64,000 nucleotides of DNA from Somniosus microcephalus (lineage: Eukaryota), in NCBI GenBank assembly GCA_052327205.1, contig CM126202.1:400086001-400150000 (forward strand), read 5' to 3'. Positions within the stretch are counted from its first letter, which is position 1. Each line of letters begins with the position of its first letter. The notes under the pieces are model-generated. The model was not told the DNA's origin. It saw only the letters and a list, made by a program, of their open reading frames with translations, and did not search any database. The position numbers were made by a program, and so were the translations under genes. Below are positions 32,079-45,959 of the stretch, piece by piece.

Positions 32079-32559
32079 TAGGTGCACTGAGTCCAGTGGA
32101 ACAGTACTTGGTCTTTTACACTAGCAGTAACTTGGGGTGCTTGGACTTTCCTACAGGTCAAACTATAAGTGTATTTTACACTGAAGAGAATACCTCTGGG
32201 GTTGCATTAGCCCTTGGAGTTTTTTTTTCTAATATGATTATGCCCTAAAACTGCAGAGTATCTTGTGAAGCTGTTTCATTCTGTGTTTGGTTGTGCAAAA
32301 GATACATAAGCCTGTTTCTGTGCTGTAAATACTAACGGGTTCATGCCGAAGCCTATACGAGCCTCCTCTCGCCCTTCTTTATATCCTTCTATTCCTTTCT
32401 CCCTCGTGTTTATCGAGCTTCCCCTTAAATGGATCTATGCTGGTTGCCTCAACTACTTCTTGTGGTACCGAGTTTCACATTCTAACCACTCATTCTATTA
32501 GGTACAATGGGATCAGGTTGAACTGCAACGTAGCCACCATTAAGCAGCTGGAAACACTC

Positions 32560-32925
32560 AGAGGGTGGTAGGTCCATGGAATATGCTGCCCCAAAAAGCT
32601 GTAGAAGCTACATCATTACATAAACTTAAAACAGAAATAGACAGTTTCCTAGAAGTAAAGGGAATTAAGGGCAGGAATTTGGACATGAGTCTAGGTTCGG
32701 ATCGGTCATGGCCCTGTGGGTAGCGGAGCGGGCCCAGGGGCCGTGTAGCCTGATCCTGCTCCTATTTCGTGTGTCTAATTCTGTTAGATTCAGGAGATGG
32801 TTCTGTGATAGTGGATTGGCGGTTAGGATCAGATCAGCCATGATCTTATTGAACGGCAGAGCAGGCTCGAGGGGCCGATTGGCCTACTCCTGCTCCTATT
32901 TCTTATGTTCTTCTTATGTTCTTAA
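32560..32925 (+). mobile_element. CR1 3' end with duplicated terminal motif
   Basis: Matches reverse complement of 39511-40075; ttcttatgttc tail. Confidence 0.8.
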
Positions 32926-34388
32926 ATAAAAGCACAAGTTGTGCTGTAGGATTCAGACTTCACATTCGTGAGTTACTAACTCTTGAAGTGTGATCCAGTT
33001 CTGGCCAGGGATGAAAGGCAAATGAAGGCCTGGATAGGAAAATACAAATATTTGATTAAATAAGTGAAAATCTGTGGGACTGTAGGACAGGATATATGTT
33101 TGCTAGCTTGTCACCTTCCCCACCAGTGAAGTTTCTGATTATTGCCTGATTTAGGATTGACCTCATCTTTACATGTGCTGCTGAGAAAGTGGACATATGG
33201 CCTGCACCCACTCTCATAGCAGATGATTATAGGAGCATTGCCAAGTAGTGTTGGATAATGTGTAGGCATGATTCACTTTTGATAATGCATCCATACAGAA
33301 ATTTTCTAATGCATCCCAACACAGATTTTCAAATATTCACAGATGCACAATTCACAAGCTCTATAATTTAGAATGCAAAATACACAAAGAATGTGTCACA
33401 AAGCCATATTGTTGAATGTCAGGCAGTGTAAAGACATGTCCAACAGGTTTATCCACCATAATGTCCTACAGTTTAATTGGAATCGTCCAGTGCAATACAC
33501 TTACCTTGGATAACGGCTACTGTCTAAAACTTACATTTGGAGCAATGGTGGGAGGGATGAAGAATGAGATGTAGAGGTCTGAATCCAAAGCTGATGGCAG
33601 TGTAAGCCTCAATGCTATTCACATACTAACTTAATTCACAGCATAGGTCTTGGATGCAGTTTGTGATGGTCACATGGGTATCACTTCAATTCATCTATCC
33701 TCTGATATTCCTAGTGATATTACTTCTGGTATGTGTAATTACTTTTGGAAAATTGGCTACAAAAAGCTAAGTAAACTATCTCTTTTAAAAACTTCTGAAT
33801 TTGTGCCCACTAAGCTGAGGGATGATGGTGCAGAGGAATGGAATAGTTTCTATTATAGGCACTAATGTCAACATCGAGCATCCTTAGGTTAGGTAATCTA
33901 TTGGATTTCTCAGCTTAATGGAGAGTTTTGAATTTCCCCATAGTCTTGCACTGTCCAAGTGAAATGCCTTATTTACTGCAGCCTTTTCCAAGGGTGGTCA
34001 CTTTTGCCTTTTTTCATAACTTAGTCCCCTACGGCTTGGAATCCTCCTAGTCACTCCGTGACTTTTTCCTAATGCATCATTCTCTTGAAGTAGGTTGACC
34101 AAAACTATATGCTGTCCTCCACAATTGGCCTTACCATTGTCTAGTTCTGTGCCTGTGTAGCTTATCTCCTATCAGGATTCAATTTGGTTGAAAACACCAC
34201 ATTTTAGACCACTTTTCCTACACTCCAGTATCCTTCAGACGCAAACTAGTACCCAATTTGCCTTTTTGTTAACTGTCTCACACTAACCACATCCTTTTAG
34301 GGTGTGATCAGTGTTCACTCTGGCTCAACAAATTGCCTCAGAACAGTGTCCCTTTATGCATATGATACTTTCCTATTTCCCACACTAG

Positions 34389-36267
34389 GGCCCCGATTTT
34401 CGGGCAGCTGTCGGGCGGCTTTTCATGCGGCCGTGGTCCGAAAATCGCGGAAAAGGCGGGTCGGGACCCGTCCGCCTGATTCCCCGCCCCGTCCGACTTT
34501 CGGACTGCTGTTTTCACGCGTCCCGCTTCAGTCCCGCCCGCTGCTGGCGGGACTGCTCGTCGGAGCACTAACAAGCAATTATCTGCTTGTTGAAGTGGAT
34601 TTTCCCGTGTCGTTGCGACTTTGGGGCTTTCCCCACCTGAAACCCGCCTGCGGAGAACCCTGCCGATGAGAGCTGGCGTGAAAACAGCTGGCTTGCTTGC
34701 TTGCAGCAGCAGGTCGCTGAGGGCTGAAGATATTTAAAGAGGCAGCATTTGCAGGCTGCAGGACCTTGTTGATCAAGGCTTGGGGGAACTATTTGAAGCC
34801 TTAGGAGCAGCTGCAGAAAGTTGGAGCCTCACACACTTCTTCAGTGTGAGCTCCTGGGAAGCCCCTCTCACCACCCTAACTCAGGACCTCCTCAACCGAG
34901 GCATCTGCTAGAAGCATGGGAGACCTTTGGCACCTTCCCTTCCTGGCATTAGAGGATCTCCAACAGCAGAGGTGGCAGCAGCAGAACCAGGAACAGCAGG
35001 ATGATTACCAGGAGCACCAGGCGGCTGCTGCTCACTCACCTGAAGCTGCACAAGCCAGAAGGGGCCAGCGCTTGGAAGTGGCTTGAGAGCACCTTGCTGT
35101 GCTTTAGGGGGCCAGTGGGACCCGTTTCTGCACTGGCAGTCCTACTCGGAAGGACTTCCATGAAGATCTGGTTTCTCTGTTCAACAGATGGCCAACGCTA
35201 CTCAAGAGATGTCATTCTCTTATGAGCACTCACCATGTTTTCCGTACCCTGGCGAGTTATCTCCTGCATGGAGGTTGCCAACCTTTCCATGGTGATGCGT
35301 TCATGCACCAATGACTCCACAAAGGCTCTGCTCATGGTCGCTATGGACTCCTCCATTCGCTCCCCACTCGCAGCGACCCTGGAGACAAAACCTGCCAGAG
35401 ACTCCTGCATCTGTGCATGGAGATCCATCACCTCTTCTCTTGCGGATGGACCCAGAGGCAGAGGGTCGAGATGCAGCGCAGCTGAGCTGGCAGAGCCCTG
35501 CGCCCTCCGACGAGGACTCTCCACTGCTGTCCCTGTCTCCGGAATCTGCTGAGGCTCACTTGTCAGCTGTGAAACACCAGGTGACAACACTACTCTATGT
35601 CCCAAAGGTCCCCCCGAGGTGTGAGTGTCTGCGCTGGTGCTGGGTGCGCTTACTTCTGCTGACGCTGCGCCCTCTGAGGTTGGAGCTTCCTCTGAGGAGT
35701 CTGGCTGCACAGCCTCTTCCTCCTCCACAGTGAGGACGGGGGCTCTGGATGGTACTGTGGGGGAGTAAAGGAAGGAGTTAGAGATGTAATGCCAAGGTTC
35801 CTCTGGTGACTACCAGCGAGTTGGCATCTGCTGACACCTGCATCCATGCAACATTGGTCTCAGTGGGAGGCCTCTTCCTCCCTGACCTAGGGAAGAGGAC
35901 CTCCCTGTGGGCCCTAACCCCATCCAATAATGCCTGCAGTGAAGCCTCGTCGAATTTGAAGGCAGCTCGGGGTATGGCACTGGCCACAGCTGCTGCAGGC
36001 TCCTTATGCCATCCTGTATGGTTCATTTGGAAGCCTTCAGAGGATGCAGTGCTTGCCATGGACCTTGAAAGCACCACGAATGATGACATCATACTGTGGG
36101 GATTTCTGACTCGAATTGGACAATTAGCAAGGCTTCCCACATGCTGGGAATTAATTGGCCACTTGAGGGAAAATTGCGTGGAGCTGGCTGACACTTTTTT
36201 ATGTGTGTCAGAAACCCCACATTCGGGGAAATCCGACCATTCCCCACACAAGCCGAAAATCGGGGCC
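34389..36267. mobile_element. Internally deleted PIF/Harbinger transposon retaining Myb/SANT-like ORF remnants (minus strand)
   Basis: TIR GGCCCCGATTTTCGG/CCGAAAATCGGGGCC, 3-bp TSD TAG; FDEASLQALLDGVRAHREVLFP...AWMQVSADAN resembles NAIF1/MSANTD domain. Confidence 0.85.
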
Positions 36268-36896
36268 TAGGTATTTTGTGACTTTCTAAGTGAGATTGAA
36301 AAATTTTACCCCAAACATGGAGTCCATTAAAATCCTTATTTTTGCTCACAAAAGGTTGTACTAATAAACTTGTCAATACAGTTGAGACCTTTTGTGACGC
36401 TGAGGGAAGGACCAGTGATGTGGAAAGGGCATTACTGGCACACATGGGCAAGCTGAGGTGTTAGCCTGTCCACATCAGATCAAAATGGCAGATTCAATAC
36501 TTGCTGCTGCCTGTAAGATTTTTATTGCATCAATCTGGGCTGGCTTTGATGCAGAGTTGAAGACACCTTATCCTTTTTTGTTTAAACTGAATATATTCAA
36601 GAATTTGGGAGCAGCAATTAAAGCAAACTGAATGCCAAAATAGTAAAGTATAGGTGATTAACGAGGCACCCTGTATAAAATGGTCCAGCAGCAGCAGCAT
36701 TAATTTAAGAAAAGAAGCATTACTCAAAGGTAAACAAAGATAGGACAAAGGAGCATATGTTAAAATTGGTGATGGGTAAATTGCCTATTGGATGGCTTTA
36801 TTGGGGAGACTCTTTCTGGACAGATGAGCTAAGATGGTCATCGTGGCTTTCCTCGTCTGCATTAATTTCAAATCATATGTCGGATACGTTGTGGAA

Positions 36897-38951
36897 CGGT
36901 AGCATAGTGGTTATGTTACTGGACTAGTAATCCAGAGGCCTGGGTTAATGATCCAGAGACGTGAGTTCAAATCCCACCATAGCAGCTGGGGAATTTAAAT
37001 TCAGTTAATTAAATAAATCTGGAATAAAAAGCTAGTATCAGTAATGGTGACCATGAAACTACCAGATTGTCATAAAAACCCATTTGGTTCGCTAATTATC
37101 CTTTAGGGAAGGAAATCTGTCCTTACTTGATCTGGCCTATATGTGACTCCAGACTCGGACTCTTAACTGCCCTCTGAAATGGCCTAACAAGCCACTCAGT
37201 TGTAACAAACCACTCAGAAAACAATAAGAATAAAACCGGATGAATCATCTGGCATCGACTTCGGACCCGACAATGGCACACCCAGTAGTAGTTGACCTTG
37301 CAAAGTCCTCCTCACTAACATCTGGGACTTGTGTCAAAATTGGGAGAGCTGTCACTGACTAGTCGAGCAACAGCCTGACCTAGTTATAATCATACCTTTC
37401 AACCAATGTCCCATACTCCCATCACCATCCCTGGTTATGTCCTGTCCCACTGGCAGGACAGACCCACCAGAGGTGGTGGTACAGTGGTATACAGTCAGGT
37501 GGGAGTGGCCCTTGGAGTCCTCAACATTGACGCTGGACCCCAGGAAGCCTCATGGCTTCAGGTCAAACCTCCTGCTGATTACCTCCTACCGCCCTCCCTC
37601 AGCTGATGAATCAGTACTCCTCTATGTTGAACACCACTTGGAAAAAGCACTGAGGGTAGCAAGGGCACAGAATGTACTCTGGGTGGGGGACATCACTACT
37701 GACCGAGCTGGCCGAGTCCTGAAGGACATAGCTGCCAGACAGGGCCTGCGGCAGGTTCTGAAAGAACCAACACGAGGAGAAAAACTTAGTTGACCTCATC
37801 CTCCCCAATCTACCTGTCGCAGATATGCATATGTCCATGACAGCATTGGTAGCAGTGACCGCCGCACAGTCCTTGTGGCTCAGCACACTGGATACAGCAA
37901 AGGCTATGGGCCCCAACAACATCCCGGCTGTCGTGCTGAAGACTTGCGCTCCAGAACGAGCCGCGCCTCTAGCCTAGTTGTTCCAATACTGCACTTATGT
38001 GAAGGAAGATAGTTGTGGTTGTTGGAGGTCAATCATCTCAGCCCCAGGACCTTGCTGCACGAGTTCCTCGGGGCAGTGCCCTAGGCCCAACCATCTTCAG
38101 CTGCTTCATCAATGATCTTCCCTTCATCATAAGGTCAGAAGTGGGGATGTTCGCTGATGATTGCAGTGTTCAGTTCCATTCGCAACTTCCCCAGATAATG
38201 AAGCCGTCCATGCCCGCATACAGCGAGACCTGAATGACATTCAGGTTTGGGCTGATAAGTGGCAAGAAACATTCGCGCCACACAAGTGCCAGGCAATGAC
38301 TAGCTACAACAAGAGAGAGTCTAACCACTGCCCCTTGACATTCAACAGCATTGCCATTGTCGAATCCCCCACCATCAACATCCTGGGGGTCACCATTGGC
38401 CTCCTGACTCCCCAAAGCCTTTCCACCATCTACAAGTCAGGAGTGTGATGGAATACTCGCCACTTGTCTGGCTAAGTGCAGCTCCAACAACACTCAAGCT
38501 CGACTCCATCCAGGACAAAGCAGCCCACTTGATTGACACCCCATCCACCACCTTAAACATTCACTCCCTCCACCACCGGCACACCGTGGCTGCCGTGTGT
38601 ACCATCTACAAGATGCACTGCAGCAACTCGCCAAGGCTTCTTCGGCAGCACCTCCCAAACCTGCTACCTTTACCACCTAGAAGGACACGGGCAGCAGACG
38701 CATGGAAACACCAACACCTGCATGTTCCCCATCAAGTTGCACACCATCCTGACTTGGAAATATATCGCTGTTCCTTCATTGTTGCTGAGTCAAAATCCTG
38801 GAGCTCCTACCCTAACAGCACTGTGGGATTACCTTCACCACAAGAACTGCAGTGGTTCAAGAAGGCAGCTCATCACCACCTCAAGAGGAATTGGGGATGG
38901 GCAATAAATGCTGACCTTGCGAGAGATATCCACATCCCAGGAACAAAAAAA
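36897..38951 (+). mobile_element. Internally deleted CR1-group LINE with tRNA-like 5' head
   Basis: tagcatagtgg A box and gagttcaaatcc B box; APE endonuclease remnants (TIPGYVLSHWQDRPTRGGG, YRPPSADES); RT GSALGPTIFSCFINDL..MFADD. Confidence 0.8.
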
Positions 38952-39029
38952 AAGATTTTAGTAAAATTTAAAAAATACACTTGTATATCAACTAATTACA
39001 GTTAACTTCAACATTCTTTTGCCCTCTAG

Positions 39030-39317
<288 letters not shown>

Positions 39318-39510
39318 TGAAAGTGTTGTCTGGTAGTGAGGATATGGTTTCACCACACCTGGCCTCTCTCTGGTGTTTTGGCCCATTTGTCTCTGTTTCT
39401 GTCGTTTGTGTGTGTATTTGTGCATTGTACTGTATAATTTTATTGTCCTTTGTAAATAAACAATAGTGTTTAGTTAAAGCATTCCCTTTTACTGAACCAG
39501 GTACCGATTT

Positions 39511-42500
39511 CATAAGAACATAAGGAGTAGGAGTAGGCCAATCAGCCCCTCGAGCCTGCTCCACCATTCAATAAGATCATGGCTGATCTGATCCTAACCT
39601 CAAATCTTCTATCACTCTCCATCCACCCGAACCCATGTGATCTCCCGGGAGAGACGAAAAACCCAATGGCCAATTTGGGAGAAAAAAATCTGGGAAATTC
39701 CTCTCCGACCCATCTAGGCGATCGAAACTCGTCCAGGAGATCACTCTGTCCCTATATTTTCTACAGTACTTACCTTCTGTAAAGGCGATCTCCACCCCAG
39801 CCAGGAACAGGAATAAAACCATCTCCTGAAATCTAACACAGAATTAGAACACAGTAGGAGCAGAACCAGGCTACATGGCCCCTGGGCCCACTCCACTACC
39901 CACAGGGCCATGACCATTCCAAACCTAGACTCATGTCCAATTTCCTGCCCGCTCCCCGTAACCCTTAATTCCCTTTACTTCTAGGAAACTTATCTATTTC
40001 TGTTTTAAATTTATTTAATGATGCAGCTTCCACAGCTTTCTGGGGCAGCAAATTCCACAAACCTACCACCCTCTGAGTGAAGAAGTTTCTCCTCATCTCA
40101 GTTTTGAAAGAGCAGCCCCTTATTCTAAGATTATGCCCCCTAGTTCTAGTTTCACCCATCATTCGGAACATCCTCACCGCATCCACCCGATCAAGCCCCT
40201 TCACAATCTTATATGTTTCAATAAGATAAGATTGCCTCATTCTTCTGAACTCCAATGAGTAGAGTCCCAATCTACTCAACCTCTCCTCATATGACCGCCC
40301 CCTCATCCCCGGGATTAACCGAGTGAACCTTCTTTGTACTGACTCGAGAGCAAGTATGTCTTTTCTTAAGTATGGACACCAAAACTGTATGCAGTATTCC
40401 AGGTGCGGTCGCACCAATACCTTGTACAACTGCAGCAATACCTCCCTGTTTTTATATTCTATCCCCCTAGCAATAAAAGCCAACATTCCATTGACCTTGA
40501 TCACTTGCTGCACCTGCATACTAACTTTTTAAGTTTCGTGCACCAGGACCCCCAGATCCCTTTTGTACTACAGTACTTTCCAGTTTCTTGCCATTAAGAT
40601 AATAACTTGCTCTATGATTTTTCCTGCCAAAGTGCATAACCTCACACTTTCCAGTATTGTATTCCATCTGCCAAATCTCTACCCACTTACTTAGCCTGTC
40701 TATGTCCCTTTGCAGGTTTTTTATGTCCTCCTCACTCACTACTTTCCATCCCATCTTTGTATCATCTGCAAACTTTGATATGTTACACTCGGTCCCCTCC
40801 TCCAAATCGTTAATATAGATTGTAAAGAGTTGGGGACCCAGCACTGACCCCTGCGGAACACCACTAGTTACTGATTGCCAGTCTGAGAACGAACCATTTA
40901 TCCCAACTCTCTGCTTTCTGTTAGAGCCAATCCTCCACCCACGCCAGAATATTACCCCCAATCCCGTGATTTTTTATCTTGAGCAATAATCTTTTGTGTG
41001 GCACCTTGTCAAATGCCTTTTGGAAGTCTAAATACACTGCGTCCACTGGTTCCCCTTTATCCACCCTGTATGTTACTTCCTCAAAGAACTCAAGCAAATT
41101 TGTCAAACATGACTTTCCCTTCATGAAACCATGCTGAGTTTGTCCTATTAAATTATGTTTATCCAAATGTCCCGTTACTGCCTCCTTAATAATGGACTCT
41201 AACATTTTACCAACCACAGATGTTAGGCTAACTGGTCTATAGTTTCCAGCCTTCTGCCTACTACCCTTTTTAAATAAGGGTGTTACATTAGCAGTTTTCC
41301 AATCTGCCGGGACCTTTGCTGAGTCCAGGGAGTTTTGGAAAATTATTACCAATGCATCCACAATCCCTACCGCCACTTCCCTCAAGACCCTAGGATGTAA
41401 GCCATCAGGTCCAGGGGATTTATCTGCCTTGAGTCCCATTATTTTACCAAGTACCACTTCCTCAGTGATTTTAATCGTATTTGGCTCCTCCCCCCCCCCA
41501 GAGCCCCTTGTTTGTCCAGTGTTGGGATATTCTTAGTGTCCTCTACCATAAAGACTGATACAAAATAATTGTTCAGCGTTTTTGCCTTCTCCATGTTTCC
41601 CACCATTAATTTCCCGGTCTCATCCTCTAAGGGACCAACATTTACTTTAGCCACCCTTTTTTCTTTTTATATAACTATAGAAACTTTTGCTATCTGTTTT
41701 TATATTTTTTGCTAATTTACTTTCATAATCTATCTTCCCTTTCTTAATCAATCTTTTAGTTATTTTTTGCTGTCTTTTAAAGACTTCACAATCTTCTATC
41801 CTCCCACTAGATTTGGCTACCTTATATGCCCTTGTTTTTAGTCAGATACTATCCTTAATTACTTTACTTAGCCACGGATGGCTATCTTTTCTTTTACACC
41901 CTTTTTTCCTCCGTGGAATATTTTTTTTTTGGAAGTTGTAAAATAACTCCTTAAATGTACACCACTGATCATGTACCGTCTTACCCTTAATCTATTTTCC
42001 CAGTCCACTCTAATCAATTCCGCTCTCATACCTTCATAGTCTCCTTTATTCAAGCTCAGCACGCTTGTTTGAGATCCAACCTTCTCACCCTCTAATTGAA
42101 TATGGAATTCAACCATGTTATGGTCACTCATTCCAAGGGGATCCTTTACTAGGACATTTTTAATTAATCCTGTCTCATTACACAGGACCAAATCTAAGGT
42201 TGCTTGCCCCCTGGTCGGTTCAGTTACATACTGCTCAAGAAACCCATCCCTAATACACTCAATGAACTCATCCTCAAGGCTGCTCTGCCCAATTTGATTT
42301 GTCCAGTTCATATGATAATTAAAATCCCCCATAATTATAGCTGTTCTCTTATTACAAGCCTCAACTATTTCCTGATTAACACTCCGTCCAACAGAGTTGC
42401 AACTGTTCGGAGGCCTATAGACTACGCCCACTAGTGTTTTTTTCCCCCTTATTCCTTATCTCCACCCAAACTGTTTCACTATCCTACTCCTTTGACCCGA

Positions 42501-43831
42501 TATAATTTCTCTGTATTATAGTGATTCCTTCCTTTATTAACATAGCCACCCCACCTCCCCTCCCTTCCTGCCTGTCCTTCCTGATTGTTAAATAACCTGG
42601 TACGTTTAATTCCCAGTCATGGTCACCCTGCAGCCATGTTTCTGTAATGGCCACAAGATCATCATACCCATATGTCGTTATTTGTGCTGTTAACTCATTC
42701 ATTTTGTTACGAATGCTACGTGCATTCAGATAAAGAACTTTCAAATATGTTTTGTAACACTTAGTTCCTGTTTTTTCCCCTTTTAGTACTTTACTTTTTA
42801 CTCCATACCTTCTGTCCCTTCCTGACACGTTCTGTTTTTTAATTCCCCCACTGCTACCTAAGTCTATGACCTTCTCCGTTGTCATTTCTATTATTTGCTC
42901 TCTAGAAACCTCCCCCCCGCTAATTAGTTTAAAGCCCTCTCTACAGCCCTAGTTATATGATTTGCCAGGACTCTAGTCCCAGTACTGGCCAAGTGGAGTC
43001 CGTCCCAACGGAACAGCTCCCTCCTGTCCCAGTACTGGTGCCAGTGTCCCAAGAAGTAAAACCCATTTCTCCCACACCAGTCTTTGAGCCACGCATTTAA
43101 CTTTAATTTTATTTATCCTAGCCAAATTCGCTCGTGGCTCAGGTAATAACCCAGAGATTATTACCCTTGAGGTTCTGTTTTTTAATTTGACCCCTAGCTG
43201 CTCATACTCATTCAACAGAACCGTCTTCCTTGTCCTATCTACGTCTTTTGTACCAACATGGACCACGACAACTGGATCCTCCCCCTCCCACTCCAAGTTT
43301 CTTTCCAGCCCAGAAGAGATGTCCTTAACCCTGGCACCGGGCAGGCAACACAGCCTTCGGGACTCCCGCTCTTGACTGCAGAGAACCCTATCTATCCCCC
43401 TAATGATACTATCCCCTACCACTACAACATTTCTTTTTACTCCCTCCACTTGAATGGCCCCCTGTACCACGGTGCTGTGGCCAGGTTGCTCATCCTCCCT
43501 GCAGTCCCCGCTCCCGCCCTCACAGGGAGTAAGAACCTCAATCCTGCTTGACAAGAGCAAGGGCTGCGGCTCCATCAACACTGCCTCCTGGATCCCTGTA
43601 CCTGCCTCACTCGTAGTCACACCGTCCTGTCCCCGACCACGGATTACATCTACATTAATTAATTTCATAGGTGTGACCACCTCCTGAAACATAAGAGTCC
43701 AGGAACTTCTCCCCCTCCCTGATGTGTCGCAGTGTCTGAAGCTCGGTCTCAAGCTCTTTAACATGGAGCTTGAGTTCCTCTAGCAGCAAACACTTATCGC
43801 AAATGTAATCACCGTGAGCCTCAATGAGGTC
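39511..43831 (-). mobile_element. Near full-length CR1 LINE (ORF1 zinc-finger/SGNH esterase; ORF2 endonuclease + RT), frameshifted
   Basis: VVVGDSIIRG..CCLPGARV..VVVHVGT; LYLNARSIRNK..AITETWL; YLDFQKAFDKVPH; KFADDTK. Confidence 0.95.
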
Positions 43832-44232
43832 ATTTCATTCAGTTTTAATCTTTGTAAGGGCAATGTTTCCTTTTTAAAAACTCAGCTAAAGGACTAAAGC
43901 ATTTGACACAAAATGCTAAAATTGATAGTTCAAATTTGAGCTTTCCGTCTATCATTTATTGCTGTGCTAAATTCGTTCCGATCTATGATTGCAATAAATT
44001 GCATTTACCTTTTGGAGGAAGCTTTGCAGGAGTGTTAGAAGCTAGTTTTTAGAACTGGGCAGAAGGTTGTAGTTTTGAGAACTGGTGTGTGAAGAGAACA
44101 CAAAAGCAGGAAATTACTTTTAAATTGCTACCTTACAGTTTCAAAATGTTTGGAGTTAAAACCTGCATAGTAAAGTACCAATGGTAGTGCGATCCTTTTC
44201 AAACTGGGTTGGTTTATTGTTTTAGGAGCTTT

Positions 44233-44235
<3 letters not shown>

Positions 44236-44272
<37 letters not shown>

Positions 44273-44289
44273 CCCCCCCCCCCCCCCCC
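44236..44289. repeat. (CT)n microsatellite followed by poly-C run
   Basis: Direct inspection. Confidence 0.9.
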
Positions 44290-44603
44290 AAAGAAGAGTT
44301 AGTGGCATATTCACGCTAATGTTAATTATGTCACGTGATCAGTTTTAAATTTATTGGTTAGTTGGATCATAATGAAAGAAAGGCTGCCTGTTGGAGCTGA
44401 TGGAATCCATTATGTTCTGCATCTCTTATAGGTTCATTAGTAGTCACTAAACAAAGCTTCCAAGGAGCTGAATTTCAGCCTCAAGTGAAGTTGCTTATGA
44501 GATGCTGATTGCTTCCCACCCACCACCACTATATGTATAGCAGGTGACTGTGATGCTACAAGGTGACTTTTGTGTTTATAACAGCCACGGTTTTTCTTTG
44601 CAG

Positions 44604-44762
44604 ATTAATGTGCTTCACAAGCCACCATATGAACATCCAAAAGACTTGAAAGCTAGTAATGGACGTCTGAAAATTGGTTTTGTGAGTTCAGATTTTGGGA
44701 ACCACCCCACCTCTCATCTGATGCAGTCAATCCCTGGGATGCACAATTCTGAAAAATTTGAG
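44604..44762 (+). CDS. OGT: OGT exon 13 ([53 protein letters not shown])
   Basis: ttgcag|ATT, GAG|gtaact; SSDFGNHP motif (D554/H558). Confidence 0.97.
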
Positions 44763-45959
44763 GTAACTAGGAATTATGAAGTTTTTGTCACTGGTTAAAT
44801 TCTGCAATTAGAAGCTTTTCCAATAAGTACTTGTTTTGTGGGATTTGACTTTTTTCTCTTCTGCATCTTGAAACTGTTTTGTACTCTGTTACACAGTTTT
44901 TGCAATTGTATAAAATCCAATTATCAAGCCCAGCAGACCTGTGTGTGAGATTATGATTTAATTGGGCAACAATTCCAAAAGAGCTAATGTTTGTTCATCG
45001 AGTTTGCTTAATTTGGAGACTTAATGTAGAGGTTAGGTTAATATGCATCATGATTAAGAGGGAAGTTTATATTCTTGTGAATAAAGGGGAAGTTGGTGAT
45101 CTTTTTATGTATTGTACTATCTTTTAGGATTCCAGGATGCCTGGTCTTTTTAATGTACCATGCCCCTTGACTTTCATGCTCAAAAATGGTGCCATCAGAT
45201 CCCTGAAATGTTCACAATTGGTGTATCAGTTCTAATCTTTTAGGTAGTAGAAATTCATGCATTGAGTGTACAGTGCCATAGAATGAGCGAAGGAAGGTCT
45301 GAGTTTTTTTCCCCCTCCTGTGAGTTCCTGTTTTCAACTGCACTACTGTGAAGGATAATCAGCAAAGGCTGAGAACCTCCTGAAAGGAAGAAGGTATAAC
45401 CAGAGGACATGGCCTGTGCGTGAAGGGCGGGTAAATTCAAAACTAATCTGTGTATAAAATATTTCAGTGAGCAGGTGGTCAATCTGTGGAACAGACTCCC
45501 GAGGGAAATGGTGGAAGCATTTAGTATTGATTCATTGAAATGCAAATTAGATTGATTTCTTTTAGAAAATATCATTCTGGAATACAGTAAATGAGTAATT
45601 TGAGACATGACATATGGCAAGTGTAGCATTCTTGGGAGAAAAATGGTGACTGTGGACCGATGGTTCCCAAAGCTCTCCACCACTGGGATTTTCCGTGTGT
45701 CATTTCTGGGTCTCTTGCAGACTAATAGAGATTAATTGCTATGATTAGTTAACAATTCCATTTTCATTATATCATGGGACTACCAGGATGGTAGACAGCG
45801 ATTTTCTTACAACTACCCAATTATTATGACTTCATGACCGTAGTGTAGGGCCTGAAAGAGGGGAACAGCTGAAAGATGGGATTGGAGGGGGTGACTGTCT
45901 TGGTGGCTTGGATTTTAATGATATAAATCTTGGAGCTTAAGATATAGAGTAACTGGTAG

